The notes below the pieces were generated by a model. That model was not told where the DNA came from and did not search any database. It saw only the letters and a list, made by a program, of their open reading frames with translations. A program made the position numbers and the translations under genes. A DNA stretch of 64,000 nt from Callorhinchus milii (lineage: Eukaryota): NCBI RefSeq assembly GCF_018977255.1, contig NW_024704743.1, positions 53,384,001 through 53,448,000 of the forward strand. Reading direction: 5' to 3'. Positions 1 to 12,073 of the stretch are shown piece by piece (positions within the stretch are counted from its first letter, which is position 1; each line of letters starts with the position of its first letter).

Positions 1-331
1 GCGCCCTGGGACATCTTTCTAAAGTGAAGGGTGCTATACAAGTGTAATTTGTTGTTGTCTGTATGTCTGTCTCTCTCTGTCTCTGTTTGTGTGTCTGTGT
101 CTCTGTTTGTGTCTATCTGTCTGTGTGTGTGTCTCTCTTTGTCTGTGAGTCTGTCTTACCTCCTTCAAGTCCTGTATGAAGACCTTCCTCTTCGATCATA
201 CCTTCGGCCGCCCTCTTACCCCCTTCCCTTCTGACCCCAACTCCCAGCTTGGGTCCAAAACTCCTGATTGTTCAGCACCCTGGGACGTCTTTCCAAAGTG
301 AAGAGCGCTATACAAGTGTCATTTGTTGTTG
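1..331 (+). mobile_element. Two tandem L2 3'-end fragments separated by a TG/TC microsatellite
   Basis: gcgccctgggacatct..gtgaagggtgctatacaagtgtaatttgttgttg at 1-57, repeated at ~276-331. Confidence 0.8.
58..155. repeat. Low-complexity (TG/TC)n microsatellite
   Basis: Runs of tctgtg/tctc. Confidence 0.85.
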
Positions 332-2843
332 TCTGTCTTGTCCGTCTATCCGTGAGTATGTCTGTCTCTCTCTATGTCTATCTGAATCACTCGGTTTCTC
401 TCCCCACCCCTTTCACTCTCTCCCTCTCTATAGGTCTCTGACTCGCTTGTTCCCTTTGACACTCTCTTCCTGTACTTTACCGGACCGTATCTCTCCCACA
501 TGCATCTGCAGCAGCTGCATTTGCCTACAAAAGTCACCACACTTCACAGTAAATCTATGAAATGCTTTAAGGTGTTTCAACATTATTGACACTATTAAAA
601 GTGTAAATTCTGCATTTCCTCTCTTGATATTGGGTTTAGGCTCTACCATCTATTGCACGGAAAGCTATGATCAAATTGAAAACCTTGAGGCTTCAGCATC
701 ACTCTTTGTATTTACTCCTCAGTTTATTCCCTCACGTGTTTCAGACATAAGCTATTGCATTATGTGATCAATAATGAAATAGCTTTCCACAGATGTGCAG
801 CATCTCCAATCTGCTCAGATGCTACCTGAATACCTGCTTATTATTGTTACTTTGGATCAAAAGAGATGTTCAGATGAACAAGGCCCTTTGGCTCATTTGA
901 TCTCATCCTTTCAGAATCCACCCTACTGTTTTCCCATTACAGCATCAAGATGTTCCTTAAATTGAGTCCTGTGTCCTTGCCTTAACTATTATTCCTGTAA
1001 CTTGTTCCAACTGCTAATAATACACAAAATAATGGAGTTTCCTTAACAGCAAAACACATGACAGCAGTTACTGATATGGTTTCAGTTGGCTTTAGGCATA
1101 CTTTAAATTAGATATAATGATTCATAAAGCAATCTTTCAGAGGCGATCCAGTGATCCAAAAGATGTTTACTCAATTGGAATATCGGAATCAGGTTGAACC
1201 TATAAGCCATCTGGGCACTGTGGTTCCTGAGTTAGGCAGATCCACAGTACCTTAAGGCATTTGGATGACATATCGGCCAACCTGCCATGTTGGCAGGATT
1301 TGAAGGGGCAGACTAGGAGCATAATTGTTCCCATTCGCCTTCTGCTAATCCTGTGAACCAAAGCCCTCATGGGCAGCGGGATAAGCAGCGGGAAGCTTGC
1401 CAGACAGTGCTCTTAATGGTAAACTTTTTAATCCCAATTAATGATTTTCAAAATACAATCTTTGGATGATCATCTTAATGTGGTGTTTCCTTGGTGTGTG
1501 GGTAAAATCAGCAGATATTAAACACCACGCCTGCAAAATACAGTAACTCCTGTGAAGGACTTTGATACAACTTGGGAATATGATAAGGCATTATATCAAA
1601 ATGTAAGGATTATCATGCATGTCAGTTTTTATTGTTTTCAGAGGTTTATAAATGTGAACTATTTGAAAATGATGTTCCATAGTTTGAATATGGTAAAAAT
1701 GAGACTTATTCCTTTTTTTGATAGGTATTGGTGATCAGTCAAACTTGAGTTCTATTCCCTGGGCACTGTTTTTATTTCAAAGAAGTTCCCCACAAAATTT
1801 ATAAGAACATAAGAATTGATGGATAAAAGAAGATCAAGGTGCATCAAGTTCACCTTCCACCAACCTGGCAGTTGAATGCACATTGTGTCCTAAACTATAT
1901 ACTATATCCCAATATATTTCCTAAAAGAAATGTAAAAACTATGTTATTTCCTGAACGTGTCTGTGTAAGTGATGTACGTAACTGATTGAAATTGTTTTGT
2001 TGTGGTATAAAATGTTTTTTTTTAATTTTACTTACCAGAGGCTGCATTCGTGCTTATTTTCATCGTCCAATTCTTAAATAGCTGTTGTAATCTGTGGATT
2101 CGCTGATCTCAACTTTTTAGTTTCGTCTGTTTCAATTATGATTGCTTGGTTGAAAGAGGCGGGGAGGGATTGCAGACGGTGGGAGAATGAGATCTTGTAT
2201 TTTTTCTGCATCTGTGGTGCACAAAAGGCACGAGAAACTTGGATTTATGTACAACAGATGTGGAGGAACAATTCTAATTTTTAAGTCTAGCCGCTGGTAG
2301 ATTGGGTAGCCAGATTACCAGTGTGTAATGTCTAATCTGTTGCCCAGTGTCTATATAATGTGGTAGGGCCAGCCTGTAATTTGTTTTTTGCCGGCAGTTC
2401 AGAAAATCTAGGTGTAGATTGTTTCATGCTCTTGATTTATCCATTACGTTTGAAAGGTGTGGAGACATTGCAAAATAAGTTGGGAGCTGGAGAAAACACT
2501 TAGTTATCACTAATGTCACAGTGAACTACTTGTTAATATTTGTTTCAATCTCTTAGATGCTGTAGCTACTTTATAAATCCCCCCAGTTTCTTGCCCCAGT
2601 TGCTTTACCAGCAGAGAATTAAGTGATAAACAGTTCTGCATACTGTTGCAGAACAATACCATATATGGGTACTAGGGGAAATAGTATTACATATAGCATT
2701 GAAATGAGATTATTCATGGAGTATCACAAGAAAAAAAGTGTTTTTTCTGTAACTTATTGTTGACCAAGCCTAGATCTTGAGGTTGAAGCCTAGGTACAAT
2801 ATTCTCAGTTCTTCAACTTGCTCGTTGTGGACAGCCACTAGTA

Positions 2844-3238
2844 TCAGCTTGACTCAATTGGTAGCACACTCGCCTCCAGATAGCGGAGGGTTTGCTCATA
2901 GTTGGGGCTCACAGTCATGCTCATAGTCAACAGTACATTGGGGGAGCACTGAATTGTCAGCTGTGCCATGTTTCAGATGAGACTTTAAAGCCAATATGTG
3001 TATTTGCTTGTTTAGGTGAATGTTATAAATCTCAAGAGGTTTATTTGAAAGAGAAGGAATTTCCAACCCGTCCTCCCGTCTGCTTTCCAACTATCGTCCA
3101 CATTAATTGGTCATTCATCTCATGCTGTGCACAAAATGGCTGCTGTTTCCCTACAAATGCTCATTGCACTTAACATCAAATATCAGTGAAATGCTTTAAA
3201 ATATTATAAGTGCCATATCAAATGCAGATTAATATTAT
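2844..3238 (+). mobile_element. Older Deu-domain SINE, degenerate
   Basis: cagcttgactcaattggtagcacactcgcctc head; ttcagatgagactttaaa; ttggtcattcatctc; tatcaaatgcag tail. Confidence 0.7.
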
Positions 3239-3449
3239 AAAAAGAGAGAATCCCAGTCATGTAAAGATTCTAATTGGATTTTGTCCCATTGGGTTCTACA
3301 GAATTTGCATAGCAACTTAAAAAAACTTTGTTTATTAGTTTTGTGATGACTCCAGTTTCCATTTTCAAAGGATTCTTTTTTTTAACAAGGAAAATATTCT
3401 TTTCGCTATTTCCCCTGCCCTAAGGGAGTTGGACAATTGCCTGATGAGA

Positions 3450-5300
3450 GGGAACTTTCCTTCTCCGGGCTCTTGCTTATCAAGCAGTGTTTCTTGAGAT
3501 TTATGTGAGAAGGGGTTTCATTGTTCATACGAGGGTATCTATCCCAGTGCAGTAACTATCATAAATTGTTTTCAGATCAGGTTGGTTTTGGTCTCTTGGA
3601 AAGATTTGCAATCACTCCAGTCAGAATTATATTCTCATTCTCCTCAAACAGGATTGGGGATTCCAACACAGCAATTTGGGGGGAACAGCTAGGTGTCTGA
3701 CAGATGTGGAAACCCATTGACATGCTTAAGAGAATCCAAACCAGACTGTGTGTGCCACATATGAATGCCATTAATGCATAGAAACATCCCACTTGTCTCT
3801 GCTTACCTAACATATTAGTTGTCAACAAAAATGGTCTATTGACCAAAACTGTTGTTAGATTATGGATTCAATCTTTCCATAAGTTTCCCAGTGACTATTG
3901 TATTCCTCGTGGATGTGCCCATCCAGGGGAAGCTTGGGCCAAGGAATGTTTCTAGCACTTGCTGCTTTTGGCGTGGAAGCAGGCTTGAGTTTCAAGTCAC
4001 CTGATATGCTCAGATCCAGCTAGATAGCAATGGATTTATCAGGTGCAAGGATACTTCTCTGTTGTATTTTAATACAGTTTATTAAATCTGGCACTATTTG
4101 CTACATTTGATATAGAGAACCCAGAAGACTTGTAACCTAGAAGTGGATGTTTTTGATTTAGGCAAGGTATCCCTTAGGAGTGGTTTACGTAGAAATGTAT
4201 GAATAACAAGCTATCCAGAATAAGACATTATTGGGATATTGCAGTATGAGTTGGGATAGCAGGGTATTAGCCTGAGATGGCTGATGAAAAGGGTCTTTCC
4301 TGAGTGTTTTTCCTCAGCTGATTTTGTAAGATATTATTGGCTGAAGAAATGATTATAATTCTTAATACCTGTTTGACTCCAGTGTCAGTATTAATTGATT
4401 TTACAATCTCTGATAAACCGAAATGGAGGGCCAAGTGTAATACAGAACCACGGAGGGTAGCTTCTGATTGATGGTAGGATTTTGAGAGGGTTATTTCAGT
4501 GAGGTTGGGCTTCTAGAAATCTAGTTCTTAAATTATATGAATCTCCAGCCTGGTGGCCTTTGCTAACTAGTTTTGTTCGCTGGTGCCAAGACCATAATTA
4601 TAGCCTGTTGGGATGCTATATAACATATTTTTCCTTCTTGTTTACAATGCTGTGAAGCTTAAAAATGTAATCTTAGCACCAATACCAACTTGTAATGAGC
4701 TATCTGTGTATATATATAACCTGTTCTTGAGGCTGACAAATAATGTGAAAGATGCCTGCAAAGTTCAGTCTTTCATTTGCTGAAACATCTTTGGAGTTTG
4801 AGCCTAGTCGCGAACCAGGTTGATCAGAGTTTTGTCTCTGGATGGGGTGGGTTTGGAATTGTTCGTTCTTGTGCTTAAATGTTTCTCCCATGAATCGATA
4901 CCGTGAGGAGTCGAAGTGAAGTTCACAGATTAGATCTATGTATAGCTAATTGATCTCAGACGGGGAGGATTGCTGCAATTGGTCTAATTTATCTTTGGTT
5001 AACGAAGAGAGAATGGGCTGTTCTTTCTGCTTCCTGGTCATTATCCAGCAACACCTTCCAGAGCTGCATGTGTGGCTATTGGGTGGGATCAGATTGAGCG
5101 TGGCTGGTTGAGTGGATTTGCCATTTTTTAAAACTAGCTTTGAAGACTCGTACAAGAATAATGGCACTTGAGTGACACTGGGGGACCACCTCCATTGAAT
5201 CAAAATGCTGTTTGGAGGATATTGACATTAGACATTGTATCACCTATGGCTTAATTAAGAATATTAGTCGGCATTCTTTGTATTTCAGAATGATTTTAAC
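3450..5300 (-). mobile_element. Possible highly decayed L1/Tx1-clade ORF2 3' fragments
   Basis: Weak C-terminal-like motifs (SWEKHL, GIFHIICQ, CSPQIAVL) in broken frames; pattern recognition only. Confidence 0.25.
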
Positions 5301-7468
5301 TCTGATCTATTTTTGGGGGAGGGGATTGCCATTGCTAGTTGTCAGCAATTCTTCTAGTATTGAATTTGTTCAATTCAGTCCTATATGTCTGGTTTCAATG
5401 TAACTTTGATTTTCTCATGGGGTGTTCACTTGGCATGAATGTGCTCTTGGTCTTTTTAAATTACTTTCTGTGTCCACTTTGTCTCAGTCTAAAGACAATG
5501 TGCATCTGATGCTCGATTATCAGTAATCTCATGCATGCAGTTTTGCAGTCTATAAGAAAAATCTTAACTATTGGCCAGGAAATCCCGTTTCCTTTCCATC
5601 TGAATGTGTCCTTTATGAACCTACTATAGTATAGCCATTATAAAAATGAGTCAGAACCTTGATCATCTCTCATGTTGGAAGATAATCTAATTTCTGCTTT
5701 TTCAAATACAAAGATTATTATTAATTGTTTACAGATAGGAAATCACCTGGTCTGTTGCGTGAATGAAAATGGCAGATTTTGATTTCCTTTATGAAACACT
5801 TGTACTCCGATCATTGTATAAGTGCTAAAGAGTCCCCTGTAATTAGTAAGATGGTTATATCTTGTTTGGGGAATGAATTTATGACTAATAAGGGGAAGAC
5901 TGTCGGTCATTTGCAACTATACTTTCATTCCTGCTGTCTATGTGATCTATAAGAAATCCTCCTGGGGAAAAAATATTATTGGCTACAAATTACAAATCCA
6001 AGGCCATACTAAGTATTTTTCTTTCCTGAGGCACCAAGTGTGAGACCAGTCATGTCTCAGTGAACAATTAAATCAGTGATGCACTGTAACATGACTTGGA
6101 TCAACACTATTATATGCTTCAGGAGCTAAGAACGAAGTCAGAGTAGAAAGCAGAGAAAGCTTGAGTCAGGCAGAGTGTGCCAGATAATCAACATTTCGCT
6201 GTATTTATCCTTTTGGTGAATTTAGCACCTTCTGAAATGTTTGTCACTGAATGTTCACTAAACCATTATGGTGGAGAGAGTTTTAAAAAAAATGTACATT
6301 GTACAATTTGGAAAAGAGCATTGATGTAAATGGTGAGAGAGTAGCTTTTGATAAAACCTCCAGAGGATTTTTAGTTTCCTCTTCCTTATAGTTAGGGCTG
6401 AAGTACAGTCCCATGTTGAAGCCCCCATCGTTGGTTTGTCTAAGTTGCACTTCTTAATGTGTACCAAATTCTTTGTGTGTTTATTTTAGGCATGGCATAA
6501 GTAAAGACTGAAATAACTGTAAAGTATGGTCTATGAGAATCCCATACATGTCTTCAGGTTACATAATAATAATAATAACACAGAATCAGACCATTTGGCC
6601 CAAACTAATTTGTGAGCTTCGTGCCTCCTAATCCCCTCCCCAAAACCTCTCTCTTCCCTTCTCCCTCATTGATGTTTTAGTTATTGAAAACAACAAATAT
6701 TACAGGGTCACTGTTTACTCTAATCCTATTCTGGTCTGGTGTTCATGCACACTTTTCAGAAGGTATTATCATGATGAGATAGATGTACATGGAAACCTCT
6801 GACTCCCTCTTTTTGCATTTCTCTTATTTCTCTTCCTCAATTGGCTCTTCTTACTCCCCCTCACCCCCCCACTTCCAATTGTTTAGTGGTCGTGGATTTT
6901 GTGGTTTGTTTTCAAACACTTGATTTCAAAAACGTCCTCACAAAGGTCGATGTTCTCGGGGTGATAGGAAGAAGAAACTGTAGTTGTATATCTAGCCGTG
7001 TAAATACAAATGCCTCAAAGCAAAAACGTTGGGTTTCCTCAGACCTTCATTACGAGATTGGGCAAACCTCTCTGTTCACTCACAGCTTTTCTATGTGAAC
7101 TGAACAGTAGTTTGGTTAAAAATCTAAAGTATGTATTTTTTAAAATTTTTGTCTTTCACAAAATACTTCAAGAAGTTTTGATATATCTATAAGCAAGTCA
7201 GTATTTTGAGATCCCTCCCTTTTGTGTTGTTTGAGGAAGCTGGTCTTTGAATTACATGTATCAAAGCTGTAATGCTACTGAGTTTATTACTATAAACTAA
7301 AATAGCCAATGTTTTTATGTAAAATCTCGATTGTGCTCATTACTGTAAGTTTTAGCATTTAGGCACTATGCCTTGACTGGAGTTTTCTTCCAACGCTCCT
7401 GATTTCCATCTTGTCCTACCTTCAAAATCCTCTTAGAAATGATCTCTTTGGCCGCAGCTTTACTATTA

Positions 7469-7886
7469 CAGTTAAACTCGTATAAGTCTTATCTTTATAA
7501 ATTGTACAATCACCTAAGTTCTACATTCACCCAAGTAACCATTCAGTGTCCTATCAAAACTACTTAGATTTCTTTGCACTAGTCATATTAATCATCTCCT
7601 AACTCGTAATTTTGCTCCCTTACCCTCCATTCCTCCCGCATTTATCGGCTGCCTTGAATCGTGCGAAATGACGTTCTTGACCACCGGTGCATGTGCACTT
7701 ACATAAATTGCGGGAAACGTAGTCTTCACCCATCACCCCTGGCGCGCTTGCCGGCCACATTATATTACACATGTGCAGCATAGATTATTGTATAACGATT
7801 TATACAGTTTGCCTGAAACTTGGACTTCGCGTAAATCATATTAAATGAAGTGGTCCCGACGGATACAACTTATGTGAATTTTACCG
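7469..7886. mobile_element. pogo/Tigger-like non-autonomous DNA transposon (MITE)
   Basis: TA on both sides; left end cagttaaactcgtataagtcttatc vs right-end reverse complement cggtaaaattcacataagttgtatc. Confidence 0.75.
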
Positions 7887-9084
7887 TACAACTTAAACTT
7901 CTCTTTCCTCACCTCCTCTAATTTTAGTGAAGCACTAAAGTTGTGCTAAGCAAATCAAAAGATTCTTTTAGTTGATGAAAATAGCAGCAACTGTTAACAA
8001 TCTGAAATGCCTTCAGCACTATGCAAATAACTTTAGAACATGCATTTAGATTTAATATGGGAAGAGAAAGAATGAAACTTGCCAGGTTTGATACCCATAT
8101 ATCTGAAAGTGTATCATGATGGTGGGCTTAAGCCATTTGAATGTTAAGGCATGGAGGCACCAAGAGTTATTTGGTATTTCTGGCATCTGTTATTCTTTCT
8201 TGCCTCAGAATTGAGGAATGTTAGGTGATTGCTTTACCAATTAACTGAAACGGAAGGAAATCGTGGTGTCCACTTCTTTTGTTTATAGGGTAAATAATGT
8301 GGTTTACAGACTGGAGAGTGAGCCGAGTGCAATCGTGTTAAATGACAAAGGGTCAAGAAAATTTTATGTTGAGGCCTAAGAATGTGAAGAATTTCAGTGC
8401 CCAAATGTGATCAATTAGGCAAACCTCTGTTGTATTTGGCTTTAACATTTCACATGGTTCAAGCTATAAGCTTAACAGATATTGACTTTGTCGAATTGAC
8501 AGATATAACTGCATTTTATGGCAGCTTGTTTATTTTTGAATTGGGTAAGTTATAGAGTTACCATGAAACAGTGATCAAGTGCGGACAAGCAATTTTTTAA
8601 AAAAATGGAATTTCAATCAGATGTAAATCAATGTGAATTTTTTTTAAATGAGGTGGTGGTTTAAGACAATTTGTTCAACAAAGCTGAAAATTATTACAAA
8701 ATAATTCTACATCTTAGTTATGCAGTGTCTTGCATTTACATGACACTATTTAAATGTAAGTAGGCAAAGAAACCTTTTTGCCTGTAATATAACTCAGGAT
8801 GTGGTTACCCTTTACTGTTTCTGTCTATATGAATTTACAGATGGATGCAAGTCATTTGTAGGCAGTGGAACAAAATGTCTTGTTCATATGCTCTAGCCAC
8901 TGTGTAGTTTTGCAATTCATTTGACATCAAAGTTTACTTAAACCTTGCACTTGATAAGGATGTGGATATTTTGGGTTAATCGGTGTGTCTGATGCATGCA
9001 GAAACCCATCACCATAGTTCAGTGTAACCAAACTGAGCGTTCCATTCATCCAACCTCAACATGGAAATTCTGGAGATGTTTATT

Positions 9085-9540
9085 GGAATGGAACGGCGCA
9101 CTCTTTGTGGAGGGACACATCCTGCTTACCTAATTCCGGAAAGTATTAGGCACTGGTTGGCAAGAGCCAAGGCTTGGGGACTCCAGAGTGTGCACTGGGT
9201 ACTGCTGGAGTCTAACCAGCTAAAACCGCATAGCTTGCCATTGAGAGGACTGAATGGCAAGCTTTCCTGCTGCTTGTCCAGCTTGACCACCCCATCTTTA
9301 AGGCTTTGGCTTACAGAGTCAACAGGAGCTGAATGGGAATGGTCCCTTATCCCAGTGACTGGTCCGCCCTTCCAGGGCCTGCCAATGACCCAGCCTGTTG
9401 CCAGCAGTGCCCTGGAATACTGGGTCCCCGCCTGTCTCAGGAACTAGACTATCGAGACCACCGCAGAGGGTGGGCTTGATTCCAACATTCCATTGCAAAA
9501 CATGTCACCTTGGACCCAGTTCATTTCATTATCTTACCTC
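9085..9540. repeat. Unclassified old interspersed repeat (best-preserved copy)
   Basis: ggagggacac..aattccgga..aagagccaaggcttggggactccagagtgtg..ctgctggagtcta recurs at ~24040, 35760, 43170 and inverted at ~63650-63920 and 1150-1420. Confidence 0.75.
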
Positions 9541-10436
9541 TTCTCTTCATTCTCCCCACCCCCCGCCCCCCACCCCAGGAGGATAGCACTTCCCGTGAGC
9601 TTCCTGATGGGCAACACAGCTCAGCATAAAATGCACGAGAGCATTGCCAACATCTTCTTGCCCACAACTCAGACATGCATCCCAATCCATTGAGCAATAA
9701 GCACACCAGTTGGAAGTGTGGAGCTTAAGCAGCAGCTGCTTACCTCTCTGCAGGCCGATCAAGGTGGATTCCAAGTGCTGGATATATGAACACGTGTTCA
9801 TGACTTCAAACTCCAGGTAACGCCTTCCAGCAGCAGTTGCCCCTCACCAGCTATCTGGCAGATATCTGCCTTCAGTGTAGTAGGAAGAACTTTACCGGAG
9901 AGCTTGTGATGTGTGTGATGTGCCACCTTGTGCTTGAGGTCCAAGTCCAACTGCTTAATCCATGTCCTCATGTGAGGGGCTTTGGCAAATAAAAATCAAC
10001 AACTACCTCTTGTATCTTCCCATCAATACCCTCAATATCTTCTCTTGAGCCATGCAGAATCATGATTCTGCAATAGGGATGTGAAAGAAATTCATGTTTG
10101 GTAAAGCATAAATTGATGCCCCAAATTGTGATCTAATCACGTACATGTTGTTAGTAAATGTCATGGCAATCATTCTGTTGTTAACTGTGGACTCAGGTTG
10201 CATTTGTGTGAACTTTCTCTGAACTGATTTTTTTCATGTTTGGTAAATATAGATTTGCGGTGGTGCTTTACTAAAATTGAACCTAGCTTTACCAATTAAA
10301 GAAGTTCTTAGTGGTTGAAATCAGTGTCTTCTATAAAATTATTAATATCCAGAGCGAAACGAGTAAAATTGTCGTTGTGTGAAATATGTGTGTGAAATAT
10401 TGTGTGAAATATCATTTTCTAAATACTATACTAGTG

Positions 10437-10662
10437 CCTTCAGCCATTGTGCTCCGAGGCTCTGGAACTCCCTTCCTCACTCCCTTCGTCTCGCTCCCTC
10501 CCTTCCCATTTTCAGGTCTCTGCTGAAAACCTTTCTTTTCGACCGCGCCTTTGGTCACCTTCTTCCCCCTCCCACTGGCTCGGTCCCGGGATCCGTTACT
10601 GTAAAGCACTCTGAGACGCCTTCCGGCGTGGAGGGCGCTATATAAATCCAAGTTGTTGTTGT
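10437..10662 (+). mobile_element. L2 3' fragment
   Basis: Translates AFSHCAPRLWNSLP...LKTFLFDRAF; stem-loop tail and gttgttgttg. Confidence 0.85.
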
Positions 10663-11494
10663 ACACTTGGTTACTGAAATTGGAATAGCCAGCAGTTGAC
10701 TTGAGTCCTGTTTCAAATAATCCTAATGTTTACATTTTTGATATAATGTGGTACTGACCTATCTAAACTTCATAAAGTTTGAACAGTGAACATTTTGACG
10801 ATAGTCTTTTGATTCGATGCACGTTTTCAAGTACATTTGATCGCATGCTGATTGCCTATATGCCATTATTACACGTCAGTTAGTGGATCACCCCAAAACA
10901 GTTCCTAAAGTTTGTATTTCAGATGCTTCTAAAGAAATAATCTGAACTTGTCCTAGTTCCTTTCCACTTTGAACAATACTTAATATATCAATATTGAGGC
11001 ATTAATATTCCATTTATACTTATTCTCCTGCTAAAGGGAGATAATTATTTTGTAAAATTCAGGGCTATTCAGTGCCTTTGCTAAAATATTTTTAAATGTA
11101 AACATGTTGTTAGAAGGTGACTGACATTTTTTGAAGGATGCTTTGCTTTATTAAGCGAAAGTTGTGGCATTTATCTTATGTGATGCATAGCAATTATGGA
11201 TTTTCATCTTTCACTAAAGTTGCAATTTGTACAAAACCAGTCTGTCTTGATCTGGAATCCCAAACCCGTATCTTCATTTTGATTTAAAAAATGTTGAATG
11301 CTTGAATCAATATTTAATGCACTAGGTGGCAGTGTCTTCCACAAATTGATCAGCAGTAAACTGCATTTAGCACAGTGGTTCTCTGTGTGTGGCCACCAAC
11401 ACTTATTGGTAGCTGCAGTGCTAGGTTTTCGTAAAAATACTTAATCATATGAAACATAAAGGAAATATAGACATGTGCACATCCCAAATAGTTG

Positions 11495-11750
11495 TCATTT
11501 ATTTCTGTACATTTGACAAACCACATTTGAGAAAACACATTTTTTGCATAAAACTTTGCATAAGGAGAAACAAGATTAGAACAGCACAATAAAAAAAAAC
11601 ATTTTAGATGTGAACAAAAATTATACATATCAAATGGTTTTCATTTATTTCTAAACATTTTGACAAACCACATTTGGGAAAAAACACTTTTTTCACAAAA
11701 ATGTGAACAGCACAGTAAAGGAAAACAATTTGAGATGTGCATAAATTATT
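11495..11750. repeat. Imperfect tandem duplication, period ~146 bp
   Basis: tcatttatttct..catttgacaaaccacatttg..aacagcaca..agatgtg occurs from 11495 and again from 11641. Confidence 0.85.
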
Positions 11751-11870
11751 ATTATTATTATTTGGGACCAGAATTGTCGGTAGTTGGAATCAGCTTAGTG
11801 AATAAGAGCAAACGTGCGACTGCAAGTTTATTCTAAATGCAAAATACTGCAGATGCTGGAAATCTGAAAT

Positions 11871-12073
11871 AAAAACAGAAATCACTGGAAACACTCAGCA
11901 GGTCAGGCAGCGTCTATGGTGAACGGAAAATTAGTCAACGTTTTGGGTCCACGACCCATCATCAGAACCAACGAAAGGTTCTGATAAAGGATCGTGAACC
12001 CGAAATGTTGACTCACTTTCCTTTCCATAGATGCTGCCTGACCTGCTGAGTGTTCCCAGTGACTTCTGTTTTT
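11871..12073. repeat. ~98-bp-arm palindrome, probably Penelope-like terminal-repeat derived
   Basis: Arm 11871-11969 is the near reverse complement of 11977-12073; 7-nt loop aacgaaa. Confidence 0.9.
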
